This document shows, piece by piece, positions 1 through 11,800 of a stretch of DNA of 64,000 nucleotides. The stretch lies in NCBI GenBank assembly GCA_001662655.1, contig KV460231.1; one strand, 5' to 3'. A program made the translations under genes and the position numbers. Position 1 is the stretch's first letter. Every line of letters starts with the position of its first letter. The DNA is from Pseudogymnoascus verrucosus. Taxonomy: Eukaryota. Below the pieces are notes generated by a model. That model searched no databases and was not told the origin of the DNA. It worked only from the letters and a program-made list of their open reading frames with translations.

Positions 1-22
1 CCCTAACCCTAACCCTAACCCT
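1..22. repeat. Telomeric repeat (CCCTAA)n, left chromosome end
   Basis: Window opens with ccctaaccctaaccctaaccct, the complement of the canonical TTAGGG telomere. Confidence 0.95.
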
Positions 23-1301
23 CTCCACGCTTTATAAGCCTATGTTGGCATAGCACATCTGGCACAGCGTTCAAGGGGCTCCCGTCTATGTTAGTACCTG
101 CTAATAGGGTGGTGACCTGTGGTAGTGAGCAGCAGGCGTGCTGTAGGGAGCTAGGTTGCTCATGAGCCTGTGTATGCTCCTCCTCTCGCTCCTGGTGCTG
201 CTCTTCTGTACACCCATGGAACTGCCATAGCTGCCGCGCCACCTGCACTGCAGTTGGTAGAGGCATCTCGCCATCTTGTGCTTGTGGGCCCTAGTGGAGT
301 ATCGTTAGAGACTCTGTATGACTAACATGGTTCTAGGTATTACTACTGCTAACACTACTACTACTATTGACGCTTATGCTAGCGCTAGCGCCACTGCTAA
401 TAACAGGAGATTGCTTAGCAGGCGTAGTAGCTTGAGGAGGTGTGCTTAGCATCTCCTGTAGCTAGTTAGTAATGGCAGCCTGCTTTGGGATAAGTGGTAG
501 AGACTGCCGCTTCCTCTTAGTACCACTCCCTTATGAGCTGGCAATTGACTGCGCGTAGACGATAGATTTTCTAGCGTCTGTCTGTAGACGTTAGGACATC
601 TCACTTAGTATCTGACTTTGGACCTTAGACTCCTCATCACCTTGAACATTCCACGACATCTCGTCCTCGTCATGTACACTTGCTTGTCTTGTAGTCGTAT
701 CCTTCTCTATAGTAGTTGAGGCTATACCTTTAACGGTCGCTTTAGTAGTGGTTGTAGCTTTAGGAGTGGCTTTGGCGGTGGCACTAGCACAAGGGTTAGC
801 AGTAGAACTCATAATAGACAATAGTAGTAAGTAGCTCTCTATCCTGGCTCACCTACTAATCGACTGCCTCTCTGTCGTTTCCTCACCTTCCTGTCGTAGT
901 GCTTGTAGTATAATTGCTGCCTCGCGCTCTTCATTGACCTCATCTTGTACATTAAGTCTCTAGACTACCTCCTCAACCTCTCTCTCCTCTGTTTGTGGCA
1001 GGCGCGCTAGCGCTGGCACCACCTATAGCTGCTAAGGCTGCAGCTAGCCTTGTGATATAACAATGCCTTGCTTAACTGTCGGTTGTATGTCATCTAGTGT
1101 TAGTAGGTTAAGGTTGCTCCGTATGCCAGTAGCTAGGCTTGTTAGAGGAGGTGCATCCTACTGTGCTGGATTGTAGAGGATGAACTAGGCGTTCTAAGAC
1201 GAGGATTGCTGTTAGCGCCGTTAGTAAGTTATACGATTGCTAGCTAATTTAGCTGCTGCTGCATCTTGAGAATTGTGGTATTTCCTTAGTCGGCCAACCA
1301 T
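23..1301 (-). pseudogene. RIP-decayed ~425-codon hypothetical ORF truncated by the telomere
   Basis: ATG at 1301 (MVGRLRKY...) is in frame with ORF-track pieces 591..821 and 15..266. Internal stops are mostly TAG/TAA at likely Gln/Trp codons. The frame runs into the telomere repeat. Confidence 0.65.
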
Positions 1302-1410
1302 TTTTAATAGGAAGAGGAAGGAATAGGTGATAAGTAATAGTTGTAATGGCGCTAGGGCTAGCACTAGCACTAGCACGTATAGTTGGAATAATTGAGGGGT
1401 TAGAAGTAAG

Positions 1411-1507
1411 GAAATAATACTAATTAGGAATAGCTTAGTTCTACATTAGGAAACAATCCTAATTAGGTATCACGTCTCGCTTAAATGTAGAAATAATCCT
1501 AATTAGG
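1411..1507. repeat. Three 18-bp repeats (gaaayaatmctaattagg) at ~40-bp spacing, with palindromic core CCTAATTAGG
   Basis: Copies at 1411-1428, 1450-1467 and 1490-1507. Confidence 0.75.
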
Positions 1508-1710
1508 TTTAGTAGTGGTGCACGCGCCACTGCTACCGCCACCGCCTGCCTAATTAAGCGACAATACTCATGCTTCTGCCACCTAACCCTCACCCTATGT
1601 AACGGCCATTGAGTAGCGTGGGTTTATTCCCGTTAGTGTACATGCTCATCTGCGTCTGCAAGCAGCCTGCTGTAGTACTGGCAATGGTACTGTGAATGGT
1701 TACAAACCGT

Positions 1711-2066
1711 CTACATGGCTCCGTTTAGAGTATCGACAGTCCACCTAAGTCTTAGAATCTCCTGTGCTAATGCCGTATTTGTGTGCTAAAGAGCCTAAAC
1801 ATTTGACCTTAATTGAAGATCACGCGCTACAAACCCATCTAACTAAGATCAAAGCTGTTAGGCGGTTTGCTAATGCTTAGTTTTCTTAACAATGAGGGCG
1901 TTAGCTATGTGTTGCAGATCTGTAGTAACGGCAACGTTTTCGTTAGTCATAACAGGAGTTTTCGGCTGTTTAAAGTCCATTAGATCTGGCTACAGCATAG
2001 TTAGTAAGCTAGATAGTAAGAAGTAAAGAAAGTAAAAGCTTTTACCATAGTCGTGATTGTCTCCAT
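1711..2066 (-). pseudogene. Possible small RIP-decayed coiled-coil gene
   Basis: METITTM, then a GT..ctaac..AG intron, then a frame (DLQHIANAL...TALAQEILRLR) broken mostly by RIP-type stops. Confidence 0.3.
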
Positions 2067-2832
2067 AGCTAAGATCAACTTGTAGCTAAAGTAAATGTGA
2101 GAAATTTTTACTCTTAACTTGCTATCCTAAGCTAATGGACAATAAGTTATCCTCTCTTAGTGAACCCTATAGGGGTAACTTAATGGCAGTAGCATGTATA
2201 TGGCCCTCGTAATCCTAATGGTAGGTAATTTGTTAGTGCATTACAATCCTAATGCTAACTAGGCCTATGTAGGCAATTAGTTGTATTTCTAACTAACTTG
2301 CTATTTACTGTATACCTTGAAGATTCCATAACGCTAGTTGTAAACATATGCCTAATTCCTAGGCTGTGATGTTCACTGTCATAAACGTAGGAATATGTCC
2401 CTTAAATTTTGGTTTTCGAGGGAGACATTTAATAAATACTAAAATAAGTTAAATCGGATAAAATACGACAGTCCATTAGCTAAGAAGCATGGACCTATTA
2501 AACTTGACATAGTTAAGGTCTACTAGAAGAATGCGCCTACCTACTAGAGACTAGATTCTATTACGCTTCCTATGTACGAGCGTTATCATAAGAGAAACAA
2601 TGAAAGGCAACAGTTAAATGAGCATCGTAGTAGTTAAGCAAATTATGTTCTTAGGCTGTCCTTACATTTGCTATAGGGAGCTTATAATGCTTTACTAGCT
2701 AGATTAGGCAACTTCCCTTATTAGCTCTCACTTCCTAATATATATTATGCAACATTAAGTAACAACTTTATATTTAATAGTGAAGTATTTAATTCATAAT
2801 AGCTACCTAAAAGTGGGTGACCCTTAGCAAGA

Positions 2833-2902
2833 AGGTGGCCTGTAAGATGTAGGTTGCCTATAAGATGTAGGTGGCCTATAAGAAGTAGGTGGCCTATAAG
2901 AT
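2833..2902 (+). repeat. 18-bp tandem repeat, ~4 copies (aggtggcctataagatgt)
   Basis: Copies start at 2833, 2851, 2869 and 2887. Confidence 0.85.
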
Positions 2903-2997
2903 TCACGTCTAGCTCCTAAAAAGAGATATAAAGAATCGGTACACCTTCTTAACTAGTGTTATAAGGCTAGTTCTAAGATAACCTCCTATTCATTAAA

Positions 2998-3445
2998 ATG
3001 TCCATAGGTTTTAGGCAACCTAAGCAGCCTATTAGCTTCGGCTCGAATCGTCTAGAGGGGTTTAATAGCTTTTCCTAGCCAACTTCTACCCACTTAGTTT
3101 CTAAACAAAAACATTATATTATAGAAATAGAAGAGTCTAAAGCAATAGTAGCTAGCCTTATGAAGATAGAGCAAATTATTGCTAATTAGCGTTAAAACTT
3201 AAAGAATTTTAGGATAACTAAGGATCTTGAGACTGAAAAAAAATATATTAAAAACATTAAGATCTATATGGATCTTGTTAAGGAAAATATTAAGAAAAAG
3301 GCCTATAAAAATCACGCTAAGTTTCAATCTATCTTAGATAAAATAGGTAGCTTTGTCACGGGTGGCTAAGGGCAAAGCAACAAGGCAAGGTGGCAGGAGA
3401 AGCAACTAAGTAGACAAACCATTAGTAACTTATTTTAAAGTTAAT
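2998..3445 (+). pseudogene. RIP-decayed hypothetical ORF ending at the left TIR of element 1
   Basis: ATG at 2998; Lys/Glu-rich helical frame with TAG/TAA interruptions up to the TIR. Confidence 0.3.
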
Positions 3446-3928
3446 TAACGTGCATCCCTACATTAAGGGACGCACCCCGTGACGGGACAAATATTAGTAC
3501 TTTGAATTTAGTTGATTCTAAATTTGTTGAATCCATTGAAAATTCTAGTATTTTTGTGTTAGTTATGTTATGTAACTACTCTTAAACAGCCTAAACCCTA
3601 GCTACTCTAAAATTTACGATCGCGTCGTCGCCATCGCGCCTAATTGCGGATAGTGTCAATTTAAAGTATAATAGAACCCCTTAACCTACAGCACTACCAC
3701 GAGCTCTTTAAACCTTTCAAACTAACATAACACTTTAATTTAGGTTCCTGAGTCTTACTACAATGCTATAAAATCATCTTAGCCTTGTAGTGACTAGGGA
3801 ATGCTGTGTTATGCGACGTCTCCACATAGGTTGGTACCTCTAGATTAAGCGATTAAGGAGCTTGTAGCTGCTAAGCTGTGGCTGTATATGGCGGCCTATG
3901 AAGCCTTACTATAAAATTCCGTGCCCCG
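3446..3928 (+). repeat. Left TIR of element 1 (family copy A)
   Basis: Aligns with 8151-8632 (direct) and with 6852-7301 and 13698-14179 (inverted). Confidence 0.9.
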
Positions 3929-4137
3929 ATCATTTATGCATTTAAGCGGCCACACTAGAAGCAACATGGGTTATGCAACCATGCCTAAAGTCTGCCCTTT
4001 AGGCGCTAAAGTCAGCCTTTTGAGGCTAAGTGCAGACAACATGCTTTATCGTCTAGTACGACAAACCTGTCTTTCACTCCCACTCTCTAGCATTCTTTCT
4101 TCACTTCATGTAGGATAATAGGCAAGCCAACTTCATC

Positions 4138-6765
4138 ATGAGCTTTGGATTTAGCGTGGGCGACTTCATAACTGCAATCGAGCTTGCGAACAAGATCTAG
4201 AAGGAATTCGTAGATGCGCTAAGTCAATTCAAGGATATCTCAGATGAGTGCGTTATTTAATAAGAATTCGATCTCTGCTGACTATTATATCCAAATAGGA
4301 TTAGAAGTCTCTCGATCGTCCTATAAGATGCCGACGTTGCCTTTCTAGAACAAGAGCTTAACACCGACTAGAAAAGACACTTAGAAGACATCGACAAAGG
4401 TTGCCGAAATGTTCTCTACGAGCTACAACGAATACTAGACAAAAATAGCGAACTCAGTTCTAAAAGTGGGAGTGTCGGCAAGAGAATCAAAAGAGGGTGG
4501 AAGAGGCTTAACTAGAAGCCGGAAGACATCGACGAGCTTCGGAGTCGTATCAGTACAAACATTAATTTATTGAACGCGTTCAACGGACGACTTACTCGAG
4601 ACAACGTGGTTAAGTTAGTACGGCACCAAGAAGATGAAGAACATCAAACAGCAGTCGACTGGCTCACCCCAATTGACTTCGACTTCGCTACTCAACAGAG
4701 CAACTTCATTAGTCGGCGGCTCTCCGATAACGCTTCTCCGAAATTGCAGAGTCACTTAGACAACCTCGGAAGCAAAGTCGGGATTCAATCCCAAAATACA
4801 GCGGCGCTCAAAGACCTTGATGAGCATGATGAGAGCATATCTGACTTGGAAACTCAACCCAGATTGCAAACTCTCGAAGGCTCTTCCGAGTATGAGCCTT
4901 CTGAGGCTTCTATGGAAGACGGCAGCGTTTTTTCGCTGTCTCAAAGCATCTCTTCGAAGAGCTCTGCACACGGTGCAGAGGGAGCAACTTGTGAACTTGT
5001 CATACTTTTGATGGAGAATACGGAACTGCGCAATTTCCATCCACCCCTACGCCAGAACTTCGAAATTACCGCTTTCAAATCCGAGCTGCATCAGTTACTT
5101 AAAGTATTCTCAAAGGACCTCTCAAAAGAAGCATTGATTCCAATTGAAAAAGAAAGTGTTCGCTTTGTCAGCCAACTAAGGCGACGGGTGACGCATACTA
5201 TTGGGCAAGAAGTCTTCGGCTTGAAAGATCAGTCCTTGCTCCAGTCAATCAGTCAACAGCAACAGCTAGACGCAAGAGAGAGGATTGAGAAATTCTTGAA
5301 GGATCTAATCCAGTCAAAGGGCAGCGGTGATGAATTGTCATTACAGCATGAGCATACGTCAGATAACGATAGCTCTGACGATGAATACGAATTGGAACCT
5401 TTTTCTAATTTTGAACTTGTGAAGAAGTTTCTCATCAACAGCAAAGCCTTTGAAAAGTTGCGAGTCAGCATCAGTAAGTTAGAAGCGCAAGGGGAAGAGT
5501 CAAATACAGAGATGCGGTCTCGCCACAACGTGATCGAGTTGGAGAGCAAGATTGGGAAGGACGAAAAGCTGTCAGATATAGGGGTTAATCAAAGCCCATT
5601 GAGCAGAACGGTGATACCAGAGTCGCGAACAATTCTCCAAGCTGGAAGAATAAATGTTTTCGCCACGCTACTGCGATGTTCTCGGACTTTGCTTCGCCTC
5701 TCCCGTCCCAAGCTGGAAATTGGATATCGGCGACTGGAATGGCAATGTGATTGTGGTATGCCACTCTATGGTGACTTCAGAGGTGACCCTGAAGAAATTA
5801 GCAAGCTCGTTAGAGAGATTCAAGCTCACGGATATGCCGTTACACAGACTTGTCACGGAACAAAACAAATGCCAGCGGATTCGGGATGGACCACTGCCTC
5901 AAACTCGGCTGTATCTGTACCCCTAGGATTAAACACATCTCAAACAACACAGAACTCCTGTCTTAATTCCACTGGCACTTCGTCTAGAGCACTTGGAGAG
6001 ACACGAAATCCAACGGTTGGTAGTACAGTCGCCACAACATCTCTGACACCAGTTACGGATAATAGGTCAAAATTCGTAGCGCTATGCGTGAACACAGGTC
6101 CATTCCAAAAGACATACGATGAGATTGATATATCTTCCACTCCCAAAAACACCCAAATGTTTCAGGACTTCAAAAAGACGTACGAAGCATGCGTCGGCTC
6201 CCGGAGGAACCTACTAAGAAGATGGCTCACGAAGCCTATAGACATCGAATTCATTCAATTCGCAGTGGAAGGCCTCAGGCGTGTCTACCCCATCCCTGGG
6301 TCACCTGATTGTACGATCTGTGCTCACGCAGAGAAGAAGGATAGACTTGTCGCCGCACGCAAATACGAGCCTCATCTCAATGCTGTAGCTCTAACCCATC
6401 CACCTATTCCCCCAGATCTATTCTTTCACTTGTGGGAGTGTCCGGAACACATAACTCCTACAGTGCAGAATTTGTGGCTTAATCGTCTGCCAAAAAAGCT
6501 AGATGAGAAGCTTGACAAGGTGTGTCTGGGGACACGACCAGATGGCGAGCTGATTCTTGGGTGGGGAGTACTTGTGATTGAGGGTCTGCATAGACGGAGA
6601 ATATTACGATTGACTATCGCTATTGTGGCGTTGAGCATGGTCATCTCGGTGGCCTATTCGGCTGGTATGAAAGATGTGTCCAGTGGGTTTGCAATTGGTG
6701 CTCTTCTTGTAGGATGTTGGACCTTATTTATAGCTGCACTATACTCCGAGTGGATGGCACGATGA
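4138..6765 (+). pseudogene. Chimeric gene: fungal STAND N-terminal (SesA/HeLo-like) domain fused to an uncharacterised WxCxCG domain with two C-terminal TM helices; 5' exons RIP-damaged, 4570-6765 open
   Basis: MSFGFSVGDFITAIELANKI start at 4138 and intron ~4248-4298. TAG stops occur only in the part duplicated at 8840-9340. The open 731-aa frame contains RRLEWQCDCG, PPIPPDLFFHLW, LNRLPKK, GWGVLVIE and two hydrophobic helices. Confidence 0.75.
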
Positions 6766-6851
6766 TCCAAAAATCAGGGGTACTTATTGTTGGTTATGGC
6801 TACAATGAGGGCTGATAGCATGTTCACCCTGTCAGTGAGTGAAGATAAAGC

Positions 6852-7301
6852 AGGCCACCACACACAGCCACACCTTTATTGCCACGTGACCAGGAATCTT
6901 CGCTTAATTTAGAGCCAACCCATACGACGACGTCGCATGACACAGCACTCCCTAGTCACCACATGGCTGAAAATGATTTTTCAGCATCATGGTGAGACGG
7001 GAGCCCAGATCAAAAAGTTATATGATTTTGAAAGGTGCAAAGAGCTCGTGGTGGTGCTGTAGGTCGAAGGGCTCTATTATGCTTCGAATTGACGCCCTCT
7101 GCAATTAGGCGCAACGGCGACGACGTAATCGTAAATTTCATAGTAGCTGCGGTTTAGACTGTTTGGGAGTAGTCATACAACATGGCTAACACAAAAACAC
7201 TAGAATTTTCAATGGATTTAGAAATTTATAATCAATTGTATTTAAAGTACTAATATTTATCCCGTCACGGAGTGCGTCCCTCAATGCAGGGATGCACGTT
7301 A
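6852..7301 (-). repeat. Right TIR of element 1 (family copy C)
   Basis: Reverse complement aligns with 3446-3897. Confidence 0.9.
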
Positions 7302-7854
7302 GGCGTGTCCACACTGCTATTGCCTCGTCGACTCGCTTAGAACTCTCGTATATGATGCTAATCCATCTAGCGAAGTCTTTAGCTTCATCCCACTTTTTGC
7401 TACTAAGAAAGCTGTCGTGAATACTATGATAGAAAGCAAAGACGGTTTCCACGTGGTTGGGAAACCAATCTAAAGATTCTAGGAACTTAGAAAGCCGGGT
7501 GTCGTGCAACTTCTAAACATCTTTAAGAGAAACTTCCGCCTAGTTTTTTATGAGTATGATGATTAGTCGATAATGCCTAAGGGCTGCTTGTCGTGAGTTG
7601 CGAGATACCTAAAGAAGAGGAGGGATGAAGTATTCGGCCTCTAAGTAGCAGCATGGTATAAATCGAGGTTCGAAATAAGCAAAATCCCATATGTAGAACT
7701 GCAACTTAGCTGGCAACTATAGGAATAACAAGAATTGAGAGGGTATCATCTCATTATATGTATTTAATAGCACTTTAATGACGGTAGGGACAAAGCGATT
7801 TATAAAGCAGGCTGAAACGCTATCGAGAGACTGTAAGTTAGAGAGCTTTATCAT
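7302..7854 (-). pseudogene. 2EXR-domain protein pseudogene, 3' end cut by TIR copy C
   Basis: ATG at 7854. The frame reads FLLFL*LPAKLQFYIWDFAYFEPR...PPLL*VSRNSRQAALRHY (2EXR-like LPxExRxxIW and ESRxxAL pattern), is in frame with ORF 7186..7509, and hits the TIR at 7301. Confidence 0.6.
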
Positions 7855-8150
7855 GAGTAGTGTAGAAAATGAGGTGACCTAGCGTCATATCGAAGTCACT
7901 AGACTGTTTGCTTGCAAAACTTAAGCTTAAAGATGTAACTTAGAATTGACAATAATCGGCTAGATCTACAATGCTAATTTGCACAAGTGTCTAGTAATGG
8001 ACCCTACATACCGAGGGAGGTACAGAGAGAGGTAAGAACTAAGAGAGGTAGAATTACAGCTCACCCTAAGACTAGCTTTCCCTCTACCTCCCCCTCCTAA
8101 CCTTCTTCTAAAACCTGCTAGAGTCAGCTCTCGTGTAGCGTAATAGGAGA

Positions 8151-8632
8151 TAACGTGCATCCCTACATCAAGGGACGCACCTCGTAACGGGACAAATATT
8201 AGTACTTTAAATTCAATTGATTCTAAATTAGTGAATCCATTGAAAATTCTAGTATTTTTGTGTTAGTCATGTTGTGTGACTACTCCTAAACAGCCTAAAC
8301 CCTAGCTACTCTAAAATTTACGATCACGTCGTCGCCGTCGCGCCTGATTGCGGAGGGCGTCAATTTGAAGTATAATAGAACCCCTCGATCTACACTACCA
8401 CCACGAGCTTTTTGCACCTTTCAAACTTATATAACACTTTGATTTAAGTTCCTAAGTCTTACCACGATGCTAAAAAATCATTTTTAGCCTTGTAGTGACT
8501 AGGGAGTGCTATGTCATGCGACGTCTCCACATGGGTTGGTACCTCTAGATTAAGCGATCAAGGAGCTTGTGGCTGCTGAGCTGTAGCTGTGTGTGGCGGC
8601 CTCCGAAGCCTTGCTATGGGGTTCCGTGCCCC
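8151..8632 (+). repeat. Left TIR of element 2 (family copy B)
   Basis: Inverted match to 13698-14179, ending at GTTCCGTGCCCC. Confidence 0.9.
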
Positions 8633-8839
8633 GATCATTCATACATTCGAGCGGCCACACTAGAAGCAGCATGGGTTATGCAACCATGCTAGAAGTCTGC
8701 CCTTTAGGCGCTAAAGTCAGCCTTTTAAGGCTGAGCGCAGACAACATGCTTCGTCGCCTAGTCCGACAAATTCTCTAACTCCCACATTCTGTCATCCTTT
8801 CTTCCCTTCATGTAGGATAATGGGCAAGCTAACTTCATC

Positions 8840-11800
8840 ATGAGCTTTAGATTTAGTGTCGGCGATTTTATTTTAGTAATCTAGCTCGCGAATAAAATAC
8901 AGAAAGAATTCGTTAACGCGCCGAGTCAATTCAAGGCTGTCTTAGACGAGTACGTTGTATATAGAGGAGTTCGATCTTCGCCTACAATTACGTTTAAAAT
9001 AGGCTCTAAACGCTCTCTATCGTCCTTTAAGATGCTGACGTTGCCTTCTTAAAACAAGACCTTAATGATGACTAGAAGAGAGACTTAGAAGACATCGACA
9101 AAGGATGCTAAAATGTCCTTAACGACTTACAACGAATACTAGACAAACATACTGAATTTAATTCTAAAAGTGGGAGTGTCGGCAAGAGAATTAAAAGAGT
9201 GTGGAAGAGGCTTAAGTGGGATCTAGAAGACATTAACAAACTTTAGAGTCGTATTAGTACAAATATTGGTTTCCTCAACGCGTTCAACGGGCTACTTACT
9301 CGAGATAACGTGGTTAAGTTAGTACGGCACCAAGAAGATCAAGACCGCCAAACTGTCCTTGACTAGATCACCCTAGTCGATTATGCTCCCTAGCTAAACG
9401 ACTTTCTTACTCGGCGACAGGAGGGAACCGGGCAGTGGCTTCTAGACTCAACAGAGTACTAAACATGGGTAGAGACAAAGAAGCAGAGGTTATTTTGTCT
9501 AGGAATTCCTAGGGCGGGGAAGACAATTCTCACCTCAATTGTGGTAGAAGAACTTACTACTCGCTTTCAAAATAATAAGAGCATAGGTATTGCGTACCTC
9601 TATTGCAACTTCTAGCGACAGCACGAGCAGAAGGCTGAGGATCTACTCGCAAGTCTGCTGAAGCAGTTAAATCAAGGTCGGTCGTCTCTGCTAGACACTA
9701 TTAAATCTCTCTATGATAGCCATTAAGTCAAGCGGACGCAGCTATCATTTGAGGAAATCTCAAGAGCTCTTCAGTTAGTAGCTACCATGTACTCGAGAGT
9801 CTTTATTGTCATCGATGCTCTTGATGAGTGCTAAGTATCTTATAACTGCTAGAAAAGATTCCTGTTAGAGTTGTTTAGCCTCTAGGCTAAATGCGGAGCG
9901 AATCTCCTTGCAACTTCGAGATTTATTCTAGAAATCACCGAATATTTTCAGGGAAGCATATTATTAGAAATACGAGCTAGTGAACATGATGTGCAGAGGT
10001 ATGTAGAGGGCCATATGGCATATCTACCATCCTTTGTCGGACGTAGTCTAGATTTGCGAGAGGATGTCAAGACTGGTATCATAAAGGCTGTTGACGGCAT
10101 GTATGTGGTTCTTATTGTAATTATCTACACAAGGACTTACTTTGCCTAGGTTCTTACTTGCTCAGCTTCACCTAGATTCCTTGATCAGGAAGAGATCACT
10201 AAAGGCTGTCTAAGCTGCTCTTAAAAATTTGCCTTCTGGTTCCAATGCGTATGACCATGCGTATAAGGATGCAATGATTCGAATTAAAGGACAAGTAACC
10301 GACTAGGAGGACCTTGCTAAGCAGGTCCTATCATGGATAACCTGTGTAGAAAGACCATTAACTACAATAGAACTTCAGTAGGCACTTGCTATGGAAGTAG
10401 GCGAGTCTGAATTAGACGAAGACAATCTCCTAGAAATTGAAGATATGGTTTCTGTGTGCGCGGGATTAGTTACCATTGATGGGGAGAGTAACACCATCCG
10501 CTTAGTTCATTATACAACACAGGAATACTTCGAGCGAACGCAAAGCCATTGGTTCCCGAATGCGAAGACTGATATCACGACTATCTGTATCAGCTACCTC
10601 TCATTTGATGTTTTTGAGCGTGGGTTTTGTCAAACGGACGACGAATTTAAGGAGCAGTTGCAGTCAAATCATTTTTTTGAGTACGCCGCACGAAACTAGG
10701 GCCACCATGCTCGCATGGCTTCGAGTTTTAGCTAAGCATTGAGCTAGACGGTTGTTAATATTCTTACAAGCAAAGCTAAGGTTGATGCATTGAGCCAAGG
10801 GTTATTTGCTACCAAAAGCTATTCATTAGACTGGAATTACAGCTAGAAATTCCGGAAGAAAATGACTAGACTGCATTTAGTAGCATACTTTGGGGTTATG
10901 ACAGTCATCAACCTACTGCTTAATACAGGTAAGGTCAATGCCGACTCTAAGGATGAAGATGGCTGAACGCCACTATTCTGGGCTGCATAGAACGGGCATA
11001 AGGCCGTCGTCATGCTGCTGCTTGATACAGGCAAGGTCGACGCCGATTCTAAGGATAGACATGGTGAGACGCCGCTATTCTAGGCTGCACGGAACAGGCA
11101 CGAGATCGTTGTTAAGCTGCTGCTCGATATAGGCAAAGTCGATGCCGACTCTAAGGACAGATATGGTCAGACGCCACTATACTTAGCTGCACGGAATGGG
11201 CATGAGGCCGTCGTCAAGCTACTACTTAATATAGGCAAGGTCGATGCCGACTCTAAGGACGGAGATGGTTAGACGCCACTATTCTTAGCTGCACGGAACG
11301 GGCACGAGGCTGTCGTCAAGCTACTGCTTAATACAGGCAAAGTTGACGCTGATTCTAAGGACGGAGATCGTAAGACGCCGTTATTATCGGCTGCATAGAA
11401 TGGGCACAAGGTCATTGTTAAGCTACTGCTTGATATAGGCAAGGTTAATGCTGACTCTAAGGATGAAGATGGCCGAACGCCACTATTCTAGGCTGCATAG
11501 AACGGGCATAGGGCCGTCGTCATGCTGCTTCTTGATATAGGCAAGGTCGACGCCGACTCTAAGGATAGACATGGTAAGACGCCGCTATTCTAGGCTGCAC
11601 GGAACGGGCACGAGGCTGTCTTCAAGCAACTGCTTGATATAGGCAAGGTTAATACCGACTCTAAGGATACAGATGGTGAGACGCCGCTATTCTAGGCTGC
11701 ACGGAACGGGCATAAGGCCATCGTCATGCTGCTGCTCGATACAGGCAAGGTTGACGCCGACCCTAAGGACAGATATGGCCGGACGCCACTATACTAGGCT

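Larger units (their letters stand above)
3446..7301. mobile_element. Non-autonomous long-TIR DNA element (element 1) carrying a chimeric NLR-derived gene
   Basis: Begins TAACGTGCATCCC (3446) and ends GGGATGCACGTTA (7301). Arms ~3446-3897 and ~6852-7301 are inverted homologues. No transposase inside. Confidence 0.8.

Noticed and set aside
3921..4118. Small ORFs 3921..4118, 8593..8778, 13575..13986 and 14032..14271
   Set aside because: They lie in TIR or 5' non-coding repeat copies. Starts and stops differ between copies and no protein motif is present.
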